Shown: positions 1 through 11,000 of the stretch, piece after piece
How positions within the stretch are numbered: the stretch's first letter is position 1
Layout of the letters: each line of letters opens with the position of its first letter
Assembly: GCF_023055435.1 (NCBI RefSeq)
Contig: NW_025964001.1
Location: 10,044,001-10,108,000 of the forward strand
Reading direction: 5' to 3'
Origin: Haliotis rufescens
Taxonomy: Eukaryota
Length of the DNA: 64,000 bases
Program-made: the position numbers and the translations under genes
Notes under the pieces: model-generated
Database searches by the model: none
What the model was told of the DNA's origin: nothing
Seen by the model: the letters and a program-made list of their open reading frames with translations, nothing else

Positions 1-174
1 GTGGGCCAGGTATTTAATCATCCTGCCTATGAAAAACTTGGTTTACAGATAAGAGTAAAATGCAAGTATCGTGATACATATCAGATCATGAGCAAGGTAT
101 CGTGATACGTATCAGATCTTACTGTTGGTGTATCGTCCCAGCCCTAATTACTAGCAAGGTATTACCTACAATAC

Positions 175-329
175 AGGGGTAGAAACTAACATTTTTAGTC
201 CACTAGTCCTTATAATGATAACATATAGCAAAACCCTTAAAAATGGCAAATGTCGACTTGTCCTTAGGATACCTTAACTATTGGGCAGTTTGGCAAGGAC
301 TACAGGACTAGTGCCAATTTCTAACGCTG
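175..329. mobile_element. Short MITE (CAG..TAGAAA termini), copy 1
   Basis: Inverted near-identical copy at about 38615-38769; short terminal inverted repeats. Confidence 0.6.
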
Positions 330-1328
330 CCATACTAGATATTCTGGGTGCTGAATCAGGAGTTCAATTGAAGATGTTTACAACTCAGTAACATCAGTTT
401 TGTTTAACACATTTTCAATTTCTGTGACTTGTTTGATGAGCAAATGTGTGACAAATATTTTCTCTGGCGATTACAACAAGCTTGTTTAGGACTGACTCCA
501 TTCCAGTAAATATTCAAAACATCTTGAGCATTTGTGAAAAATGGAGAAAGGTTTGTCAGTCTAGACTCACAATCACTGAGCATGCCCAGAACATAATTTC
601 AATTTGTGACTTAAAATCTGTCCATGATCATGATGCTGACCTCAACAACAGTGCCAAATAATTAAAATAAATTAGACAAGTGAAATTATTATTAAAACTG
701 CAGACCATTCTCACAGTTTTCACTCAGTGCTTATAATGTTTTCACAACATTGAAAACTAAACAAAGAACTATACAACACGGCCATGCTGGAATGATTTTA
801 TTAACATAATCACACATAATTCCACAAGCAAAGCTAAAAAAACAAAATTCTCACAACATCAAGTTAGTAGATAGGAAGTGAAATATGCAGGTGTTGTGAA
901 TTTACAGTACATAGTTCATGCACATGCAAATTATAAACAGGATGCACAAAAACACATGCAGAGAACATGCAAATATAATTATAGACCTGTTAGTGTTAGT
1001 GGTCATAAGGCAAACAGAGTTACTCCCCTTTGATTGTGTGCGTGTTCACTTTCTAGTGAGAAGATGTGGGACCAATGGGGTTTATCATTTATAAAAAAGC
1101 TGAACTGGGCAATACATTTACATACGAGGGGAGTTGAACCCAGGTTTACTTGTAGGCGATGGTAATAGGAAGAGGTACCAACCGAGCTACCTGAGATCTC
1201 CATTTACTGAACACAAGCCACACACACATCACAATGCTAAACATATGACATTGACATCATGGATATCTTCAGCAGTGTTAAAAATACAGCATGAAAGGCA
1301 TTGTAATGCTATAGGAGCAAAAGAGCAA

Positions 1329-1466
1329 GTGAGTGAATATGGTTTTACACCACTTTTAGCAATATTCCAGCAATATCATGGCAGGGGACACCAGAAATGG
1401 GAATCGAACCCGGGTCTGCGGCGTGACGACCGAATGCTTTAACCACTAGACTACCTGACCGCCCCT
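1329..1466 (-). mobile_element. tRNA-derived SINE (family A, internally deleted)
   Basis: Minus strand reads GGGGCGGTCAGGTAGTCTAGTGGTTAA...GGTTCGATTCCC (A and B boxes) with a tail ending in CACT repeats; related copy at 15768-15932. Confidence 0.75.
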
Positions 1467-1477
1467 TAATTAAGAGT

Positions 1478-1740
1478 AGTTGGGTTTAATAAAACAGCAT
1501 TCAAGTTGTATCACGTGTCACCTTGATGTGGGAAGAAAGCCCAAAGTGATGCAGAGGTCTCTGATGTTTACAACTTTAGTGAAACCCACAAGCACTGGTA
1601 TGGTTCTGACAAACCTTGAAACATAATCTTGGCAAACTTCGATTCAAACCCACGATAATAGGTTTCTGGCATACCCAAAGGGATGCATCTTTGCACAGCA
1701 AATTGCAGCACCTTAGACTACTGGGCCACCCATGCCCCCC
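1478..1740 (-). mobile_element. tRNA-derived SINE (family C, diverged)
   Basis: Homologous to the copies at 39519, 51069 and 55471. Confidence 0.7.
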
Positions 1741-2776
1741 TTAATTTAGAACACTGTTCCGTATATCAATACTAGTTGATACAAAAATGCTTCCAATTAT
1801 TTCTTGTGAACTCAAATCTTATGATTTGGTTTAAATATAAACCTTCACTCTATTAATATATAAATGAAAAAGCTAATTATATACTTATAAAAATATTTGT
1901 TTCCCCCCAACATTCCCAAACAACACAGGAAGACTACTCTAAATTTCAATAAAATTCTTTTGTTTGTGCCTAAATGACAACAGACGAATGTTGAAATAGA
2001 CAACACTGTGGCAAGGCTAGTTAATAAACATATGGGCCCATCAATTGCTGTCAGACAGTATCCTTATGAAACATGCAGCAATTTTTTATCATTTATGACC
2101 ACTGATATTATTCCACTGCAAAGGGCAATTGTTTATTGTACCATGTCTGTCTCAAAGAAACAAACAGAAGTCCACATACAAATCTTGACAGTTCCCTATT
2201 ATCATGATCATGTTAGTGTCTGATACAAATTACAAAATGAAACAATAATTGTTGTTGTTGGTTGACAATATTTTCCATGCTTACATCATGTACATTCTTC
2301 CCTCGTTTAATTATTAAATAGATCTACTTGTCAATTTTAGTTTTAATTCCTATATCAATCATGTATATCAATCTGTAAACTTGTCTTATCATATATAAGA
2401 TAGGATCTATTTAGAAATAATTGGCAAATGAGGATGACGAGTGAGTTAATTGGGATTAATGTCTTTTTGGAAATATTTCTGCTATGGCACTTGACAGCAA
2501 GCCAACATGGTGAATCTAACCACATCAAGGATAAGAATAAGGGTGCATGAGCCGAGAGTCGCGACACGAAGTCCCTTAAGTCAAGACATAACTCTAAGGG
2601 TGCATCAAACCCCAGCAGATTCTGGCATGGTTAATATGGATAATGAAATCATCCATCTGTGGTAATATAATGTCGGTAATATAAAATCATCTAGGTCTAG
2701 GCCTATACTGCCATGAGCATGTTCATGATAACATATTTCCTCATATTCATATTGATATGTATGTTATCATTCTTCA

Positions 2777-2930
2777 AATAAGATGTCCTGCAATATTTCA
2801 CAATGTTACAGTGGTTAAATGGTTAATGTATGTTGATACAACTGCAAGTGTTAATAAGATGTCCTGCAGTATTTCACAATGTTACAGTGGTTAAATGGTT
2901 AATGTATGTTGATACAACTGCAAGTGTTAA
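2777..2930. repeat. Direct tandem duplication, about 77 bp x2
   Basis: taagatgtcctgca.tatttcacaatgttacagtgg...gcaagtgttaa occurs twice. Confidence 0.85.
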
Positions 2931-3979
2931 CGTCACAGTGACACTGCATCGTAGTGATGCAATATAATAATCAATGATTGGCTCTTCAGAGGTAATCGGC
3001 AAAACATGGTAGATGTTAATGTGAGAAGGATATATCTGGGTTATGCTTAAATAATACAGGTATTTTTACAATGTACGTGAAATTAGCATACATGTGCAGA
3101 CACAATGGTTACAGTCATATATGTACCGTCTAAGACAAAGATTGATTATTGTGACACTGGCAGCTCTTTGAAATATGCAACCAGTTGTCCTGGAAAGGAT
3201 GAAATCGGCATGCATGTATCAATCATTTTTTTGTCCATGTTTGCAAAACAAGCTAGGCAGGCGATGATTACATACCAACACCGTTAGAGTGAAAGGAAAT
3301 TGATGTTGTTGAAGATTCATCCATCGCGAAGTCGTAGAAGACTGAATGTTATTGTGTATTACGTCAATGAAAGCGTGGCTTGTCAATTTCCAGGTACTTC
3401 CGGTACTTCCTGGTATTACGGACTGAAAAATATGTGCATAAAGAATCTAAATTTGTGTCAAATATTTGTTTATTCATATTTCTTGGGCCCATTAATTTAA
3501 CAGGAACGGAATGCAGGCATTCATACATTTTATAATCTTTTGACCTAATTAAACAGGTGCGTGCCTGCGATATGACGTCATGAAAGAATGCACGCGCGAA
3601 CTTTTAATCTCTTTGGTGCTACGTGGGTTGAGAAATATGTGAAATCATGTCGCTTTATTGATTTCACAGGCTTCATACAGGTATGCTTATATATGAAATA
3701 TATAACGTGCATCAGTTTGGTGTAATGAAATAACATACATGCATAAAACGTAAGCAAACGAACTGACTTTGATACCTTATTTGTTGACCTTTGGGAACTT
3801 GAAACATGCAACTTTATGCAACAAGCAATGTGGCCTATTTGATCAAAGTAGTATCTCATTAATCATGTTAATAGATGAGAAGTTTGTACAGATCACAAGT
3901 GTATCGTGTTTCTCTTGGGGTTGGGGTGGTGAACACTGCATACTAGCCTACTTTGTTATCAAATAATATTAGGTCCTAT

Positions 3980-4391
3980 TAGGGCTGGGACGGGTTACTC
4001 AGGTACCCGGGTACTGAGTAGGACCCGGGTACCCACAGGACTACCCGGACCTGTGGTTAGTCACGTACTATATTGTTTAATGACAAAAAATATCAAGAAC
4101 TCTATGGTTACACTACAAGTCACTAATGTTCGCATTTCCTTCTGACTATGCACCAATTTCTTCTGATTTTTCATATGGTTGAATAAAGATATAACTTAAT
4201 TCGGCTTCAGTGTATGAATGACCAGATTGTTTAATACATGTATCTTAATACGTTTTGCCATGGCTATGCTAAAAATGTTCCCAATCGGACATGTTGAGAC
4301 CTCTCCTGAGACCAACAGCGGGTACCCGGGTAGGGTCGGGTAATAGGGGGGTGGGTACCCAGGTAGTAAATTTGGACTCGTCCCAGCCCTA
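3980..4391. mobile_element. hAT-type MITE (TIR TAGGGCTGGGACG)
   Basis: TIRs at both ends, 8-bp TSD GGTCCTAT, subterminal GGGTACCC motifs. Confidence 0.85.
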
Positions 4392-4829
4392 GGTCCTATA
4401 CATGTAATACTAAATAGTGACTGTAGCTTAATGGGAATGAATGCTGTATTGTGTCTCATCGACTAAAACGTGTGGGAGGGGTGTTGGATGAAAGGACAGT
4501 GATTCCTGTTGTTTGTGTTTGAAGTTAAGAATGAAACTCAAGGGGTCCTTGTTTAGCAACAAAACAAATTCTCTGAGTCCTGTGATTGGATCTAACCACA
4601 GACCTGATTCGGCCTAGTTGGACACCTTGCCCATGTGATGGAAGAGGTTAAACCTGTCAGCCAGGATTTCAGCTGTTGCATGTCTCCATGCTCTGGTACA
4701 CTTGCAATAACCAGGATACTTAACATTCAATATTTGGGTCCACACATGACAAATAACACTTTTCTTCTCACAAATATATCCCCAGAGCAAGACAAATATA
4801 ATTATGTTAGAGCTGTTTGTATTTCAGAT

Positions 4830-5090
4830 ATGGATGAAAGGTTCATTTATATCCCCCCACAAAGTCCCACACCTTCCTCTCCTGACGATATTGATGAGGA
4901 ACAATGTTTGTTTGATGACCTGCCCTTCCCAGCATATGGGAAGGAGGAGGAAGTTGAAGACACAGCCTCACAGATTGATGCAGCCACACAAGCTTCTATC
5001 AGCCACTGGCCTCCAGATATTAAGTCTGAGAAAACAGTAGCATCAGAGGTTATTGTAGATAAAGTATATTTCAACTCGGGAGAGAAGAAG
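4830..5090 (+). CDS. MEIOSIN-like coding exon 1 (MDERFIYIPPQSPTPSSPDD...GEKK)
   Basis: Acceptor atttcag ends at 4827, ATG at 4830 in the frame of ORF 4635-5207, donor gtatat at 5091. Confidence 0.7.
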
Positions 5091-8000
5091 GTATATATAA
5101 AAAAATCACTCTGTGATTGGTACCATTTGTATCATTCTCCTCCTGCAAATATTTATCTAGGATATCATACTAAGTACCAATGGCAGTCAAAAAGGAACAA
5201 ATTGTAATAATATTCCTAACTGGCATTTATGAACTTGTTATATTCTTTATTTAAGATGTATTTTAACTTTAAAGCTTCTTCGTCTTCATAGGTCCTGTTA
5301 TCAGTGAGCTACAAGACACAGAGACCAAGCCATTATATTTGTGATCACAACCACATTAATAGGCACACCCTTTGTCGTTGTCATTTTTTGCAATCAATAA
5401 TCTGTGTCCCCTGGAACTCTGAAGCATTAATCTTCGATATGTACCATCTTGACATACTCACTGACTAAATTAGTTATTATTGAAACTGCACTAATCAGTG
5501 CATATTGCATTGTTTGTTTTTGCTAAAAGGTATCATGGCCGTCAACCAGAGAGTTTTACTACTTTTTGCCCCAAAATACTGATGAGGCATCTCCATGTAG
5601 CAGACGCAGAACAAACTCGTCTAAAAAGAACAGAACTCCTCGTACTGCTCTCAAAATGATGGAGAGACACAGAGAAAATGAAAGGTATGCAAATGCTGCT
5701 GGAATGTGATGTAAATTCTTTCATTAAGTGTTACATATATTTACTTATGACATGCTGTTAATCACATATTGAATAATTTGGAAATATATGATGGCATACT
5801 TTTAGATATATAAAATAATACTATCATTCCCTGAGCAGGGGATTTATAAAAGTGTTAGAAATTAACATGAAAACTTCATTATCAAATTGATGCTATCTTA
5901 AACTACCTAATGAAACTATCTCCATACTGATTAATACCGTGACACATTCACTGCCACAGCTTTCTTTGAAGTTAAATTTGTGTTACAAAATGCAAAAAAA
6001 AATGCCAATCAAATGATGCCTTTGTGAGAGAAACTATGTTCTGAAGCAAAAGTACTGAATTTGTCAAGGTTATTAATCAAAATAGCATGGAGACAACAGT
6101 CATACACTGGTTCATGTGGAGCACAGAGCATTCATAGACTCATTGTTATCTTCATTGTTATACATGAATAATGGTTCTATTGTCATAGAGTATCAGTCCT
6201 AAATGACAGAAAACAAGCTCTTCCTTCTTGCACACAGATACACTTGGAATGTACTAACTTGCTTAATAGTATAGGTAGGCTTCAATTATTTTATAGACCT
6301 CTTATTAAGTTTTGCTGTATTTGGATAATGTGTTCCCAAAACAGTGAGTTCTGAAAAAATGATAATGGTCAGCACCTTAAATTATGGTAGGTCATGTAAT
6401 TGAAACCACATATCTTTTTATTAGGCCTCAACAATGCTGTTGACTTTATGCATTATGTAAAATGCTTCAGGACTCGGCATCATAACTTGAATGACAGTCT
6501 GAGTGAAATCTGCAAAGATGTTCCTGGATCCTCACAGGATGGGAGGGAAACAAAGGTGATCAGTCATTCTGCATGCCACGACATATGTAAATTGTTTGAT
6601 AGGCATTACTTAGAAGTTGACGGATGACAAGATAGATGTAGTGTATTGGCCTAAGTATTTCTTCAGTAACTAGTACGTAATGATAACAAGATGCCTTTTT
6701 GGTTAATGCCTGTTTACTTGGGAACCCACGATGACAATGACAAGCAGATGTCGCCAGTGATGTCACTTCGACATGTGATGTCACATCCGAATTGTCAGTG
6801 CGCGAAGGTGCACATGCACCATGTAAACAACACAACACTACACTCCTCCCTGTTTAGAATATACAACACAACCTCGAACAAGTTTAAGCTACACTAGGAG
6901 GAGGAAATGCGAAAAAGTCAAAATGCGAGAATGCAAAAAAGTCACAATGCGGGAAAGTCACAAATCAAGTCTTTTAGGAGGTAGGCGAAGTCATTGTGAA
7001 CGTCGCATCATCATGGATGGCGCTGGTGTGGTGTTGGGGAAAGACATCTCACTTGATGGTGCATTGTCGTTTGGAGTCATTGTTGTCTCAGTGGTGGATG
7101 GCGGTGTTGCAGGCTGCTGAGGCATGGTCTGTGATGTCTCAGGAAAAGTAGACTTTGTAGTCTGCAAAGTTGTTGGTAACAGCATTTCTCTTCTGTGAAG
7201 GATGTCTGCACTACCTGAATCATTGTTAGGAGCCACAATAATGTGATCAATATGCACATGACTGGGGTGATTGTCAATGTCAACAATGTAAGCAAGGGGA
7301 CTTGTTTGGACCTCTAAATCTTCTGACGGCTACTCTTTGTCCAGGTTCAAACTGTCTCAAGGTAGGGTTTCCACCATCATGTGTTATCTTCTGGCCTATT
7401 TGTTTCTTTGTAACATGTTGTCTTAGATTTGGCTGAAGCAAGTCAAGTCTTGTTCTGATTTTTTCTCTTCATTAGCAGTTCTGTCGGAGTTCTTCCAGTG
7501 ACTGTGTGAGGAGTAGTTCTGTACACAATCAACATATTTGCTAACTGTCTCTGGGGATCAGATTCTTCTGAAGTTTTGAGGTGCATCTTCAATACCTGAA
7601 CAAATCTCTCCGCTGCACCCTTGGTTGCAGGGTGATACGGAGCACCGCGCAGGTGATTAATTCCATTCATCTTCATAAAAGTGGTGAATTCTTCTGAGGT
7701 GAATTGTGGGCCATTGTCAGATACTAACTGTTCTGGTGTGCCATGTGTAGCAAAGATATGTCGCAGAGTTTCAACTGTCTTGCTTGTGGTTGTTGAATTC
7801 ATCAGGTACACTTCTGGCCATTTGGAATAGGCATCGATTAGAATGAAGTAATTTCGTCCTTTGTATTCGGCAAAATCATTGTGAACTCTTTCCCAGGGTT
7901 GTGATGGCAATGGCCATTCATGCAGTGGTGCGGGATTTGGTCATGTTTCTCACAGATGTACAAATTTCACAGGATTTAACAGCCTTCTCGATGTCTGAAT

Positions 8001-11000
8001 CAAGTGACGGCCACCAAACATAACTTCTTGATACTCCTTTCATCCTGACAATGCCAATGTGTTGGAATGAAGTTCTTTGAGTACTCTCAGCTGAAGTGAG
8101 GATGGTATGATCACGCGGAGTCCCCATAGTACAACACCTTGTTCTATTGACAGTTCATTTCTTCTTGCAAAGAATGGCAGTAGGTCTGGATTGGTCACAC
8201 TTGCAGGCCATCCCTCCAGTGTGAAAGCATAGACTCGCGATAGAGTTCGGTCCTTTCTGGTTGCGCTTTCAATGATTTTGGCTGTGACTGGTAGGGTATC
8301 AAGGTGGGAAAAGTTGAATACAACGTCTTCTTCATCTTGAATGTTTTCTTCTTGTAGTGGTAATCGAGAAAGCATATCCGCATTGAAATGTTGATCAGTG
8401 GTTCTTAATTCAATGTTGTATTGGTAAGCTGCTAGGATTAATGCCCATCTCTGCATACGAGCTGCTGCCATAGTTGGTACACCTTTCTTGGGTCCCAGAA
8501 TTGAGAGAAGAGGCTTGTGATCTGTCCCTAAGGTAAATGAGTGGCCATAGAGACATTCGTGGAATTTCTTCACTCCATATATCAGGGAAAGTGCTTCCTT
8601 CTCAATCTGGGCATAATTTCTTTCGCTGTTTGACAGTGTTCTTGATGCAAATGCAAGTGGTTGTTCAGTTCCATCGTCCATAATGTGTGAGATAACTGCA
8701 CCTAGTCCATAATTGGATGCATCGCATGCCAACTTGATTTTCTTCTTTGGGTCATGATGTGTCAACACTTCGGCTGAAGACAAGGCTTGTTTTGCTCGGT
8801 TAAAAGCTTTCTGACATTGTGGTGTCCAGATCCACTCAGTGTTTTCCTTTAGCAGATTGTTGAGTGTATAAATCATCGTCGATAGGTTGGAGATAAAATG
8901 TTCATAGTATTGCAGCATTCCGAGGAACGATCTGAGCTGGGTTCTGTTTGTTGGTTCTGGAGCTCGGGTTATAGCTTCAACCTTCTCTTGAACTGTATGA
9001 AATCCATTTCGATCGATCACATGACCCAAATACTCAATTTTGGGTTGTGCAAACTGGCATTTTCTTTTGCAAACCCTAATTCCAAAGTGTTCTAATCTCT
9101 CAAGGACTTGGTCAAGAAGTTGAACATGTTCTGTTGTCTTCCCTCCTACTTCTATGTCATCTTGAAAGGAGACAGTTCTAGGTATACCTTGCAGGATCTG
9201 TTCCATGATTTGTTGAAATATTGCTTGACAACTAGCGATGCCAAAGGGCAGTCGATTGTAACAGTAAAGTCCTTTGTGGGTGTTGATTACAAGCAACTTC
9301 TTGGTTACTTCACTTACCAGGACTTGGTGATACGCTTTTGTCAGATCAATTTTCGAGAAGATTTCACTGCCTGCTAGAGTTGCAAACAAATCCGCCGCTT
9401 TTGGGAGGGGGTACTTTTCCACTTCAACCCACTGGTTTAAGGTAACTTTATAGTCCCCACAGATTCTCACATCGTTTGATTTCTTAGGAACGACAACAAT
9501 GGGTGTTGCCCAATCACTTGAGTTGACTTTTAAAATCACTCAATCTTTCTCCAACCTGTCTAGTTCTTTCTCCACTTTCTCTCTCAGGGCATATGGCACT
9601 TGTCTTGCTTTCATGAATATTGGCCTGGCATTGGGTTTCACTGTGATTTTAGCTTCCTTTCCTTTCACTGTTCCTAATCCATCAGCAAAAATGCTTGCAT
9701 GGTTCTTTAACACTGTTGCAACGGTTCAAACTGTCTCAGGGTAGGGTTTCCACCATCATGTGTTATCTTCTGGCCTATTTGTTTCTTTGTAACATGTTGT
9801 CTTAGATTTGGCTGGAGCAAGTCAAGTCCTCAGTTCACAAGGTACCACACTTCCGAGAATCCATTCTGTCCGATAACTTGGTTTCTGTAAAATCTATGTC
9901 CCGCGTTATTCCACATATTCGTCCAAGAACATTTCCTTGTGACTGTCTTATTCTTCAAAGTTTTTATCTCGTCGCTTGTTTTCTGAATGTCCCGCGTTAT
10001 TCCACTTATTCGTCCAAGAACATTTTCTTGTGACTGTATTATTCTTCAAAGTTTTTATCTCGTCACTTGTTTTCTGAATGTCCCGCGTTATTCCACTTAT
10101 TCGTCCAAAAACATTTTCTTGTGACTGTATTATTCTTCAAAGTTTTTATCTCGTCGCTTGTTTTCTGAATGTCCCGCGTTATTCCACTTATTCGTCCAAG
10201 AACATTTTCTTGTGACTGTATTATTCTTCAAAGTTTTTATCTCATCGCCAGATTGTAGTGTATTGGCCTAAGTATTTCTTCAGTAACTAGTACATAATGA
10301 TAACGAGATGCCTTTTTTGTTAATGCCTGTTTACTTCAGAAACCACGATGACAATGACAAGCAGACGTCGCCAGTGACGTCACTTCGATATGTGATGTCA
10401 CATCCGAATTGTCAGTGCGCGAATGTGCACGTGCACCATGTGAACAACACAACACTACAATAGACACAATTTTATGGATAACAACTTCTTTAATGCTGTG
10501 AAAAGTGACGTTTCGGTATAGATCCTTATACCGTTGTCAAGCAAGACTGAATAGTACAGAATATATATAGTAGGTGGAGGATTAACAATAGAGGATTAAC
10601 AGTAACAACAATTGCATACATGAGTGGGATAACATTGGTAGGTGTTGACAACAAAGGGATGATGCTGTCACAACAAGATGGACAGAGAACACATAGGGAC
10701 ATCAAGCCAATAAACAAGATAAGTGATTATTGTTTGATGAGTTCATAGTAGGCGGATGGGATGAAATAGCCTTGTTCTCTGTTGGTTGATGGCTTGTGGC
10801 AGCGATTGTGGACTGCTTCTGTTAGTTTCCTTTAAGTGAAATCGTGGAGGTTGTTGGCAAGGATTTGGACGTTGTCCCAGTTGATGATGTGATTGGGACA
10901 GTTGCTGATATGGTCCAAGATGGCTGATTTGCGGTCGGATGTAATGGTGGAGGTTTTATGCTCTTTCATTCTGGTGTTGATTGGGCAGGATGTTTCACCT

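Larger units (their letters stand above)
6637..10459 (-). mobile_element. Gypsy LTR retrotransposon, gag/protease deleted, pol frameshifted
   Basis: 206-bp TG..CA LTRs at 6637-6842 and 10254-10459, 5-bp TSD ATAGA, PPT next to 6843, PBS TGGCGATGAG next to 10250, domain order RT-RNaseH-integrase. Confidence 0.95.

Noticed and set aside
1000-2660. Divergent minus-strand gene model (candidate exons near 1150-1207 and 2400-2655)
   Set aside because: I could not build a phase-consistent, stop-free model or recognise a domain.
4635-4827. N-terminal part of the 190-aa ORF and its tail after 5090
   Set aside because: Outside the acceptor and donor sites; intronic read-through.
9897-10250. Regularly spaced repeats resembling a CRISPR array
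   Set aside because: Whole units are repeated with no unique spacers; eukaryotic LTR leader; no cas genes.
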